Shown here one piece after another: positions 52,101-59,390 of a stretch of 64,000 bases of DNA. The notes under the pieces were generated by a model. That model worked only from the letters and a program-made list of their open reading frames with translations, was not told the origin of the DNA and did no database searches. The stretch comes from Cyanobacteria bacterium P01_F01_bin.150 (GTDB lineage: Bacteria > Cyanobacteriota > Cyanobacteriia > CAKZMO01). The translations under genes were made by a program, and so were the position numbers. The DNA lies in NCBI GenBank assembly GCA_039189765.1, contig JBCCYL010000005.1, positions 64,001-128,000 of the forward strand, read 5' to 3'. Every line of letters begins with the position of its first letter. Within the stretch, counting starts at the first letter, position 1.

Positions 52101-52589
52101 GCCCCAGAGATGATCTCGGCAAAATTAGACCTTAATGCTCTTCTCTCAGAGACCCTAAGTGATGATGCCTCCGATCTAGATGTGCTAGAGACAGCAATAC
52201 CAGACTCTCCAATGTTGAGGGACTCCAGTGATTTACCCCCCGAAATTCCCTCAGAACCGCTGGCAGAGGTAGTACCATCGCCATCATCTATGATAAATGG
52301 CGATCCCGATCAAGATACCTTAGAACTATTAGCCCATACGCTTTATCAAACCGTGCGATCGCGCCTCAGCTCCAGCCAAGCACACCATCATCGACCACTC
52401 TATGATCCACTCCCATGGACCTCCGCCATCCATTTACCATCATCCAAAGCTCAGTCCAGAAACACCCAAAAGCCACGGGCATCTCCTCCTTGTCCCTATT
52501 CTCGGAAAGTAGAAGATCTGTTGTGGTACGTCCACGATAATCTCACCCATCGGCTAAGACGCGATCGCGATCGCCACGGTTCAGACTAA
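49140..52589 (+). CDS. Long Pro/Ser/Gln-rich disordered eCIS protein (Afp6-like position)
   Basis: 1149 aa of low complexity; WSSIEDLL and LELLA..LY..VRSRL / RLRRDRDRHG C-terminal motifs; lies between tube and initiator genes. Confidence 0.7.
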   Translation: MTLPESALGSQLIIPSSAMIATPLGLQRRPLGLQRQPLGSFTPPNHSAISPQTTRRSVYGADRPMPFTAFPADFAFPTVQARSQTPCLGQVIQSRLTDHPLLRSPQLLQRVPSQALTQELTPEPSPGLQSCSLPLSRFTLPPGFTLPSPSVINPKNDGSDAVPAQRRQVNDPPLINRAIEPSGVESAEIQLPEIQPREIAPTEIAPTDIHPAPNAPTLQPAEQNSPDNPEGQQVPRSGQPAPQPFTRPSPTPTSPSVTSLVAPPAPPPVTATPTNPSIQPSSLQSPAFNPPLPSPQSPSPSPQSPSPFPQSPSPQTLSPSPQSPISPTSQLPGPQRQVPTGPFPVMPKLEDTETADRKTDLSNLNVEKGAIANPLQAPNITPTQQKGPNTINPSLDLPALPDISPSIEPTIVSPQVFNPKIFNPKIAFPSGLEENGSKPLMPVPTPITESSSFVSEDISPAVSEDISPDINSADLSLLSGPDPRVLKEPWDLNPLNIRDLNNDGLLVQRTRESTFSPLEEIAFAPAEPMVQPLLSPDIAKPIPSDITRTEQLDDLDSANLQPKLDIPLTDSDAQEDVALKQERPDAIHDVTSPLFSDAPQPDPALLQRAPIPSPSTLPFSPLDLPTPSNLDNTVQQRPNTLLPRDGTIDASIGESSLPLFTQPVLQPKTLPFLPLQAPQGKQAVQPKVINPKINPKINPTAIAPNKIAPKTINPTTIAPKTDNFKAINPKTNTLPSTLKPQRLPRPDLNRSAEPVGDTPSPVTQRSSKTHLHQRQQPLAPLGQWQSLHIWQEQLINKRSLDQPQNPTSDVSLPRYGPYRPSIQPQTIDQPQTTGQPQITGQPQALRQSPPEPAIAPPLPPTSIDDAIETFTPETSDSPDATTVQPRTISPQHLAPQSLTPPSPLPDVTPTDTPSPEITPADITPADITPNTTPVDIAPKNWSSIEDLLAQQPPAVQAKEAWESQFPLLSPSSDRQSPQTPKTQVDSSAPEMISAKLDLNALLSETLSDDASDLDVLETAIPDSPMLRDSSDLPPEIPSEPLAEVVPSPSSMINGDPDQDTLELLAHTLYQTVRSRLSSSQAHHHRPLYDPLPWTSAIHLPSSKAQSRNTQKPRASPPCPYSRKVEDLLWYVHDNLTHRLRRDRDRHGSD
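50582..50614. repeat. AGATCCCAGGGTTCT palindrome inside the Pro-rich gene
   Basis: 15-bp arms with a 3-nt loop; frame preserved. Confidence 0.8.
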
Positions 52590-52639
52590 TCTTTTTTCAG
52601 TCAATATTGCCTTTAGTTTCAAATACTCTGATTACCATC

Positions 52640-53278
52640 ATGCAATTAACTAAAGCCTATCTCCATGCCCTAGATCCTAAAATTCCCCATATCCATTTTA
52701 TGTTTAACCCTACTGATCTATCTTTTACTCAAGAGGTGGCATCAGAGGAAAATACTGGAGCAAGAGCGAAAGAAACAGGTGCACCTAAAACAAATTTCTC
52801 CCATTTAAAGCCGCGAACTTTAACAATTAGCAAAATTTTATTTGATACCTATGAAGAAAAAACTGATGTTCAAATATATATTCGCCCTTTTTTATGTGCA
52901 GTAGAATTTGTCTCTTATATTCAACAAATTGGTGATATCTCCAAACTATATAATCAACTACCTGAGGGTCTTCGTAAGCAAGTGAGTGCTTCTTTTTCCT
53001 CTGAGTTTACGACAAGCACAAAGACAAGCAAGGACGATGAGAAAAAACAGCAAAGAACTCCAATTTATCGCTTTATCTGGGGCAATCAAGAACATTACTT
53101 ACCTTACTGTACGGTCGATAGCCTATCTTATAAACTGACAAAATTTTTGCCTAACGGAACACCAGTACGAGCAGAAATCGATAGTTTAACCTTGAAGGAA
53201 ACGAGTATCCGTCCTGGGATGAAAGAACAAGCTGACCGAGATTTAGACTCTCTCAAAAATCGTTTGGGAATCCAATAA
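52640..53278 (+). CDS. eCIS tube initiator (Afp7-like CIS tube protein, no LysM seen)
   Basis: LTKA..FMFNP..LFDTYE..P.YRFIWG..KF.P.GTPVRA..LTLKE. Confidence 0.88.
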   Translation: MQLTKAYLHALDPKIPHIHFMFNPTDLSFTQEVASEENTGARAKETGAPKTNFSHLKPRTLTISKILFDTYEEKTDVQIYIRPFLCAVEFVSYIQQIGDISKLYNQLPEGLRKQVSASFSSEFTTSTKTSKDDEKKQQRTPIYRFIWGNQEHYLPYCTVDSLSYKLTKFLPNGTPVRAEIDSLTLKETSIRPGMKEQADRDLDSLKNRLGIQ

Positions 53279-53302
53279 AATCAATCTTATTATTTAATCG
53301 CT

Positions 53303-55042
53303 ATGAGTGCCTCGAATAATCAATCTCAATCCCTGCCAGAACTGGAAATCGGTGGACAGTCTAATCCCGAAGAACTGATGGATGATCTATTGCAGGTCAT
53401 TGTAGAAGAGAGTATTCATCTGCCTGGTCGTTTTACCCTAGTTCTCCGAAACGATTACCAACCCACCGATCCTAATAAAGAAGTCTGGCAACATCAAGAC
53501 AGTGTAAAAATTGGGGAGACTGTAAAAATTGGATTTCTCTCTAGTTTAGAATCCGATGAACCCTCTGAAGATCCTTCTACTCAAAAAGAGGATGAAAAAA
53601 GCTATTTAATTGAGGGAGAAATTACGGCGATCGAGACCCATTTTAGCGATCGCACCCAAGCCCCAATTATTGTTAGAGGCTACGACCTTTCCCATCGTCT
53701 CCATCGTGGTCGCCATAACCGCTCCTTTCAGGATATGACCGACAGTGATATTGTCAAAAAGGTAATTAAAGATGCTGGGCTGGAAGAGGGAACCATTGAT
53801 GAAAGTGGGATTCCCCATGAATATGTGTTTCAAGAAAATCAAACAAATATGGCCTTTTTGCGCGATCGCGCCTCCCGCATTGGCTATGAGCTGTTTGTCC
53901 AAGACAACAAACTCAACTTTCGCAAGCCGAACAAAGACGAAACTCTCCAGCTAAAATGGCTACGGGAAATTAGCAACTTTCGGGTCCGGGTCACCAGTGC
54001 TGAACAGGTTAAAGAAGTGGAAGTTCGGGGCTGGGATTATAAAAGTAAACAGCCCATTGTTGCGAATGTTAGCTCAGAAAAAATCATCACCGATACCGAT
54101 AATAAACAGGGCAAGGATATTACTGGGGAGTTTGACGGTAAACCCTCAGAGCAAAAAATGATTGTGGTCGATCGGCCCATGTTTCAGCCCAAAGAAGCCG
54201 ATCATATGGCCCAGGCTCTCTATGATGAGCTGTCGGGGCAATATGTCTATGCTGATGCCAAGGGAGAAGGGAACCCCAATATTCGCCCTGGTCGAGTGGT
54301 GGAATTGGAAGATATGGGACCCCATAGCGGTGAATATTACGTGACTGAGACGCGCCATGTGTACAGCGATCGCATCTACACCACTGAATTTAGCGTTCGG
54401 GGCTTACGCTGTGGCGATTTAATCTCGGCCTTGTCTCCGAAAACCCGTCCCCAGCCTGGACAAACAACCCTTGTTGGCATCGTCACCGACAATGAAGACC
54501 CCGATAACCTTGGTCGAGTCAAGGTCAAATTTCCGACTCTTACCGAAGACCATAACAGCAACTGGGCCAGGGTCGTCAGCATGGGAGCCGGACCAGAACG
54601 GGGTTTTGATTGTCTGCCTGAGATTGACGATGAAGTCCTGGTCACCTTTGAACACGGCGATATCCATCGCCCCTACATTATGGGCGGCGTTTGGAACGGT
54701 AATGATGCTCCTCCCAACGGTGCCGGAGATAACGTTCAAGGCAGCAAAGTCCGCCTACGCACGATTCAAACCCGTGTTGGCCATAAAATTCAGCTTGTTG
54801 ACGAAGACAAAGGCGGAAGCAAAGCTGGAATTCTAATTGAAACGACGGGAGGCCACAAAATCTATTTAGACGACAGCAGCGGTAAGATTGAAATTCAGTC
54901 TACAGGAGATATCAAAGTTGGTGCTCCCGGAAAAATCGACCTTGATGCTGGGGGGGATGTCTCTATCAAAGCAGGGGCAAATATGAATCTTCAGGCCACT
55001 GCTAATGTAACCGTCAATGGAGCTATGATTATGCTTAATTAG
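53303..55042 (+). CDS. vgrG: VgrG-like spike/hub protein (Afp8)
   Basis: RGYDLSHRLHRG, QENQTNMAFLRDRA, GIVTDNEDP..GRVKVKFP, WARV..GAG..RG..LPEIDDEVLV.FEHGD, beta-helix tail. Confidence 0.95.
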   Translation: MSASNNQSQSLPELEIGGQSNPEELMDDLLQVIVEESIHLPGRFTLVLRNDYQPTDPNKEVWQHQDSVKIGETVKIGFLSSLESDEPSEDPSTQKEDEKSYLIEGEITAIETHFSDRTQAPIIVRGYDLSHRLHRGRHNRSFQDMTDSDIVKKVIKDAGLEEGTIDESGIPHEYVFQENQTNMAFLRDRASRIGYELFVQDNKLNFRKPNKDETLQLKWLREISNFRVRVTSAEQVKEVEVRGWDYKSKQPIVANVSSEKIITDTDNKQGKDITGEFDGKPSEQKMIVVDRPMFQPKEADHMAQALYDELSGQYVYADAKGEGNPNIRPGRVVELEDMGPHSGEYYVTETRHVYSDRIYTTEFSVRGLRCGDLISALSPKTRPQPGQTTLVGIVTDNEDPDNLGRVKVKFPTLTEDHNSNWARVVSMGAGPERGFDCLPEIDDEVLVTFEHGDIHRPYIMGGVWNGNDAPPNGAGDNVQGSKVRLRTIQTRVGHKIQLVDEDKGGSKAGILIETTGGHKIYLDDSSGKIEIQSTGDIKVGAPGKIDLDAGGDVSIKAGANMNLQATANVTVNGAMIMLN

Positions 55043-55050
55043 TCGCGCCA

Positions 55051-55132
55051 GTGGGGTGTATTAGCGTAATAACGTGAAGCGTAATGCAACCATTCATAAT
55101 CTGGACGCTGAATCGGTGGGTGACGCGATCGC
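55051..55132. repeat. Degenerate REP doublet between vgrG and PAAR
   Basis: GTGGGGTGTATTAGCGTAATAACGTGAAGCGTAATGCAACC..AATCGGTGGGTGACGCGATCGC. Confidence 0.7.
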
Positions 55133-55192
55133 AAATTTATTCAATTAGTGTGATAAGTCTAAAACGGTTTACTAAACGGGAAAAGACAAATT

Positions 55193-55693
55193 ATGGGAAT
55201 GCCAGCTGCGCGGGTCGGTGATTTAGTTACTCATATTGCTCCGCCTATATTAGGACCGGGGCCAGGAAGCTCAAACGTCCTAATCGGAGGAATGCCTGCA
55301 TGGCGTGCTTTACCCGCAGGGGCGGCAGCGGCTATGCCTCCTCCTACAACAGAGCCACCACCGGAGCCAGAGCTGACTGAAGAGGAGCAGGAAGAAGAAG
55401 ATAAGTTGACCGAAGAGGAAAAAGAAGAACGAGATAAAGAGGCAGCGGCTGAGCAACAGGCGGAAGCAGAAGCGGCGATCGCCTCTATGGGTGGAGCCGC
55501 TGATATTCATATCTGTGCCCAACCCTCTCCCGTTCCCTTCTGTGTTGACGGCCCTGGCTTTGTGATTAAGGGCAGCTCCACTGTCATGATTAATGGACTA
55601 CCCGCCGCTCGGCAAGGGGATATTGTTCAAGAGGTTTTGGGTCCCCCCAACCCGATCGCGATGGGATGTCCAACAGTTTTGATTGGTGGGTAG
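55193..55693 (+). CDS. PAAR domain spike-tip protein with acidic insertion
   Basis: PAARVGD, VLIGGMPAWR, VMINGLPAARQGD, GCPTVLIGG. Confidence 0.93.
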   Translation: MGMPAARVGDLVTHIAPPILGPGPGSSNVLIGGMPAWRALPAGAAAAMPPPTTEPPPEPELTEEEQEEEDKLTEEEKEERDKEAAAEQQAEAEAAIASMGGAADIHICAQPSPVPFCVDGPGFVIKGSSTVMINGLPAARQGDIVQEVLGPPNPIAMGCPTVLIGG

Positions 55694-55757
55694 GATCTCA
55701 ATAAAGCATAATTGTATTATTGGCATTTTGCTGAGTGCGCATACAGGAGAAACCACA

Positions 55758-56504
55758 ATGGCTTTTACTGCCCAGGATCTCGAACGTCAGATGCCGGATG
55801 CAACTAAATTATTGAGTGATGAACCGGAGATGGAGAGTAGCCTGCATTATCTTCAACTGGCGCTGTTGGTTGCTTGTTTGGAGAGGTTATGGAGCGATCG
55901 CGACGACTTTTTTATTGGAGCCAATCTTACGGTCTATTTCAGCCGCCAACAGCTTAAAAATAGGGATTTTCGAGGTCCGGATTTCTTCCTCGTAAAAGAG
56001 ACAACCCATAATCCGCGTAACTCCTGGGTTGTTTGGGAAGAAGACGGTCGCTATCCCAATCTGATTATTGAGTTGCTGTCAGACTCCACCGCAGATATTG
56101 ATCGGGGTTTGAAGAAGACTTTGTATAGCGATCGCTTTGGCACCCATGAATACTTTTGGTTTTCTCCTGAGACTCTAGAATTTGAAGGTTACCGCCTTAG
56201 CGGCAAGCAGTATGCTCCTATTCCTACTAACGAACAAGGCTGGCGCTGGTCTGAAGAGTTAGGGCTTTATCTTGGCATCTATAATCGCCAGTTGCGTTAC
56301 TTCTCACCGGAGGGTGAATTAATACCGACGCCAGATGAAGCCGCAGATGTTGCGGTTCAACAAGCGGAACTTGAAGCCCAACGAGCTGGACTTGAAGCCC
56401 AACGAGCCGATCAAGAGCAACAACGGGCTGATCAGGAACGACGACGAGCCGATAAACTGGCAGCTCGTCTCCGTGACCTTGGAATTGACTTAGATGACGA
56501 TTAG
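55758..56504 (+). CDS. Uma2 family endonuclease with coiled-coil tail
   Basis: SDEPEMESSLH, FRGPDFF, WVVWEE..YPNLIIELLS, EYFWF, RADKLAARLRDLGI; AGGAG RBS before ATG 55758. Confidence 0.92.
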   Translation: MAFTAQDLERQMPDATKLLSDEPEMESSLHYLQLALLVACLERLWSDRDDFFIGANLTVYFSRQQLKNRDFRGPDFFLVKETTHNPRNSWVVWEEDGRYPNLIIELLSDSTADIDRGLKKTLYSDRFGTHEYFWFSPETLEFEGYRLSGKQYAPIPTNEQGWRWSEELGLYLGIYNRQLRYFSPEGELIPTPDEAADVAVQQAELEAQRAGLEAQRADQEQQRADQERRRADKLAARLRDLGIDLDDD

Positions 56505-56677
56505 GGTTCAGCCATTCATTCCATAAATGTATGCCTTTTCTGGTGGTCCTTTAGAGTGCCATTGCGTGTCTTGCCTCTACTATCCTCAAAAAGTGTTGTA
56601 ACGTTTGCTGTTCTTTGCTAACTCCATCACCGAGAATCAAAGTATTTGCTAAATCTCTTAATGTAAGGTGCGATGTT

Positions 56678-58774
56678 ATGGGTCGTGAGTCCTCTCCCCG
56701 CAGCAGAGTTGCGAATCCTTTTACGGGTGGTCAAAAGGATAGTTTTGGCCAGTCGTTTGGGTCGCGGAGGTCTGGACAACGTCCGAATTTTGGGGAAGAA
56801 GAGACCGATGCAGGGGCTGCGGCTAATACTGTGATGTCGATGGAGAGGGCGATCGCGCTTCAGGCCCATTTTATGGAAGCGTCGGGGCTGGGGGCTGTGA
56901 TTCAACGGCAAACGGAAGGGGAAGAGGAAGAACTTCAGCGACAGCCGGAGGAAGAGGAAACGCTCTCTCCCAAACTCAATGTTGCCCAACTGCAACGGCA
57001 GTATGACGAGCAGCAACAGGCTATGCTACAGCGCCAGCCGGAGGAAGAAGAGGAAACGCTCTCTCCCAAACTCAATGTTGCTCAACTGCAACGGCAGTAT
57101 GACGAGCAGCAACAGGCTATGCTACAGCGCCAGCCGGAGGAAGAGGAAGAGCTGCGGACTCGCCTATCGGTTCAACCGAAACTCACCATTGGCCAACCGG
57201 GGGATAAGTATGAGCAAGAGGCCGATCGCACGGCAGCGAAGGTGATGGCGATGCCGGATTCGATCGTTCAGGCGTTTGGGGGTTCGGGGGTTCAAGAGTT
57301 TGGGGATTCAGAGGTTAGCAAGCAAGGTGAACCCCAGTTCCAGCGTCGAATCAATGTAACTGCATCGATTCAGCGAAACCCAACCGAAGACGAAGAGCTA
57401 GCCCAACCAAAACTCCATAACTCCATAACTCCCCAACTCCATAACTCCATAACTCCCCAACTCCATAACCCCATAACTCCCCAACTCCATAACTCCCCAA
57501 CTCTCCAAGCCAAAGGGCAAGCGCCTACAGCACCTGAGAACTTCGAAACCCAACTCGCCCAACACAAAGGCAGCGGTCAACCGCTATCGGACGAGGCGCG
57601 ATCGTTTATGGAACCTCGTTTTGGGACTGACTTTAGCAATGTGCGGGTGCATGAAACGCCTGATTTAGCTAACTCGATTCAGGCCCAAGCGTTTACCCAC
57701 GGGCAGGATATTTATTTTAATTCAGGGAAATATAATCCGGGGTCAAGTGGTGGAAAAGAATTGTTGGCACATGAGTTGACTCACGTGGTGCAGCAAAAAG
57801 AGGCTGCTACAGTCATATCTCTACAACGAGAGGTAAAATCTCAAGCAAATGCACCAGTAGATCGAGTTATTATTCTATGTGACAAATGGAACGTACGTGA
57901 ACAGCCTTCACGTTCTGCATCAAAACTTGGAACCTTAAAGTACGGTGAAAAGGTTCCTCTCAAAGGGAAAAAGACGGAAAATTGGCTAGAGATTGAATAT
58001 TTAGGAAAGACTGGCTTTATTTATAAAAAATCTTGGATAAAAATTCAACGGAATGATGATCCTCAAACAGATCCCGCTGCTCTTGGTTATGTTGGACTCA
58101 ACCCAGAAGCCCATAAGGAAGCCGATGCACTTGAAAGTAGTTCAAAAGATACAGTAAATATTTCTCTAGATGAACCAACAGAACATGAAAATTATGATGC
58201 TTTAGACAAGCAGGAAAAGTTTGTCGTATCCCAATTAGGCGTTACCCCAAAACACCCTAAATTTCAGACTATCCTGAATTGTATAGAAAAATGCGATCCG
58301 GGTTTTCGAGAGCAAATGGCTGATCTGTTAATGATGTTTCGTAGTGCAGAATTAGGAAAATATAGCCTTGAGCGGCTAGTCTTTTCTGGGCATCACTATG
58401 ATGAGGGTGATTCTCATGCAGCTCAAAATGGCGTAGATACTTTAGCTGTGTGGGGAGAAGAGTTTTCGTCCGGTCAAATGAAGTCTAGTAAAGATTTAAA
58501 GAATTTAGTTACGGCTTTTCCGAAAGCTGCAGCTCAAGTCAAGGATATTATGTTTTCAGCTTGTAATTCAACAAAGCAAGTTGATCTTTGCAAACAATTT
58601 TTTCCTAATCTCAAGACCGTTTGGGCTTATAAGGGGAGTTCACCAAGTGTTAAGCAAGGTTCTTCAAGACACGTTGAACGTTGGAATAGCAGGACTGAAG
58701 GGGATAATATGCCAACCAAACGAGACAGAAAAGGTAAGATTGCGATATGGATAAAAGGCAGAGGCTTTATTTAG
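56678..58774 (+). CDS. DUF4157 effector with bacterial SH3 domain and putative caspase-fold cysteine protease C-terminus
   Basis: QRQ repeats, DUF4157 HELTH, SH3b-like NVRE.PS..LG.L..GEKV..WLEIEY.GKTGFI, then LVFSGHH..IMFSACNS. Confidence 0.82.
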   Translation: MGRESSPRSRVANPFTGGQKDSFGQSFGSRRSGQRPNFGEEETDAGAAANTVMSMERAIALQAHFMEASGLGAVIQRQTEGEEEELQRQPEEEETLSPKLNVAQLQRQYDEQQQAMLQRQPEEEEETLSPKLNVAQLQRQYDEQQQAMLQRQPEEEEELRTRLSVQPKLTIGQPGDKYEQEADRTAAKVMAMPDSIVQAFGGSGVQEFGDSEVSKQGEPQFQRRINVTASIQRNPTEDEELAQPKLHNSITPQLHNSITPQLHNPITPQLHNSPTLQAKGQAPTAPENFETQLAQHKGSGQPLSDEARSFMEPRFGTDFSNVRVHETPDLANSIQAQAFTHGQDIYFNSGKYNPGSSGGKELLAHELTHVVQQKEAATVISLQREVKSQANAPVDRVIILCDKWNVREQPSRSASKLGTLKYGEKVPLKGKKTENWLEIEYLGKTGFIYKKSWIKIQRNDDPQTDPAALGYVGLNPEAHKEADALESSSKDTVNISLDEPTEHENYDALDKQEKFVVSQLGVTPKHPKFQTILNCIEKCDPGFREQMADLLMMFRSAELGKYSLERLVFSGHHYDEGDSHAAQNGVDTLAVWGEEFSSGQMKSSKDLKNLVTAFPKAAAQVKDIMFSACNSTKQVDLCKQFFPNLKTVWAYKGSSPSVKQGSSRHVERWNSRTEGDNMPTKRDRKGKIAIWIKGRGFI
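57411..57506. repeat. 8-bp tandem repeat AACTCC(AT/CC), about 11-12 units, inside the effector gene
   Basis: Translated KLHNSITPQLHNSITPQLHNPITPQLHNSP. Confidence 0.9.
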
Positions 58775-58775
58775 C

Positions 58776-59134
58776 GCGATCGCCCTCGCGTAGTAGCATG
58801 ACACATCTAAAATAAGGCATTAGAAAGCTGATATATCTTTTGCTTTCAAAGCCTTGAGCCTGAATCCTAATGCCCTATTTTCGCAGTGCCACGGTAAGTA
58901 GTAGCGTGACAACTCTAAAATGGTGCATTACGCTGTCGCTAATGGCACCCTACGCGATCGCATGCTGCATATGGCATAGGATGTGTTAGGCGATAGCCGT
59001 AACGCATCGAGATAATGCATAAATTTAGTCGTGTCATTCTAGTAGTATGCATTAGCATAACGAAATGGAACGTAATGTACTTTAATTCTCTGGGTATAAG
59101 GACGGTGGATTACGCTATCGCTAATCCACCCTAA
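58776..59134. mobile_element. REP doublet interrupted by two MITE-like inverted-repeat elements
   Basis: CGCGTAG at 58787 resumes as TAGTATGCATTAGCATAACG near 59043; inserts at about 58794-58898 and 58902-59042 have imperfect terminal inverted repeats; the second contains REP-like palindromes. Confidence 0.55.
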
Positions 59135-59390
59135 TGAAGTTCTTGTGGTGATCGCATCTCGTAATGTCAATTCTTGATAGCGGCGCAATTAACCTATGTA
59201 GACTTCATTAGGATAAAAGATTAACATAGTAACTGTTCTCATATCAGTTTAAATGCGACCTCATCAATAATGCAACTCATCCTAAGTACTTGAGGGTACA
59301 GTTGGCAAGGCATGTGATACTAATTTACGCTGACTCTGAAGTACGCTTGCTATATCCATACAAAGGAAGAACAAATAATCAACAATAACA

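Noticed and set aside
37807..55693. Prophage or type VI secretion system
   Set aside because: No capsid, terminase, portal or integrase, and no TssJLM/ClpV; DUF4255 cap, Afp15-like ATPase and DUF4157 indicate eCIS
55683..55757. Upstream extensions of ORF-track calls (55683, 56615, 52607, 32800)
   Set aside because: Downstream ATGs fit RBS position or family N-termini better
22824..58774. Diversity-generating retroelement as the source of effector variation
   Set aside because: No reverse transcriptase, and repeat differences are not adenine-specific
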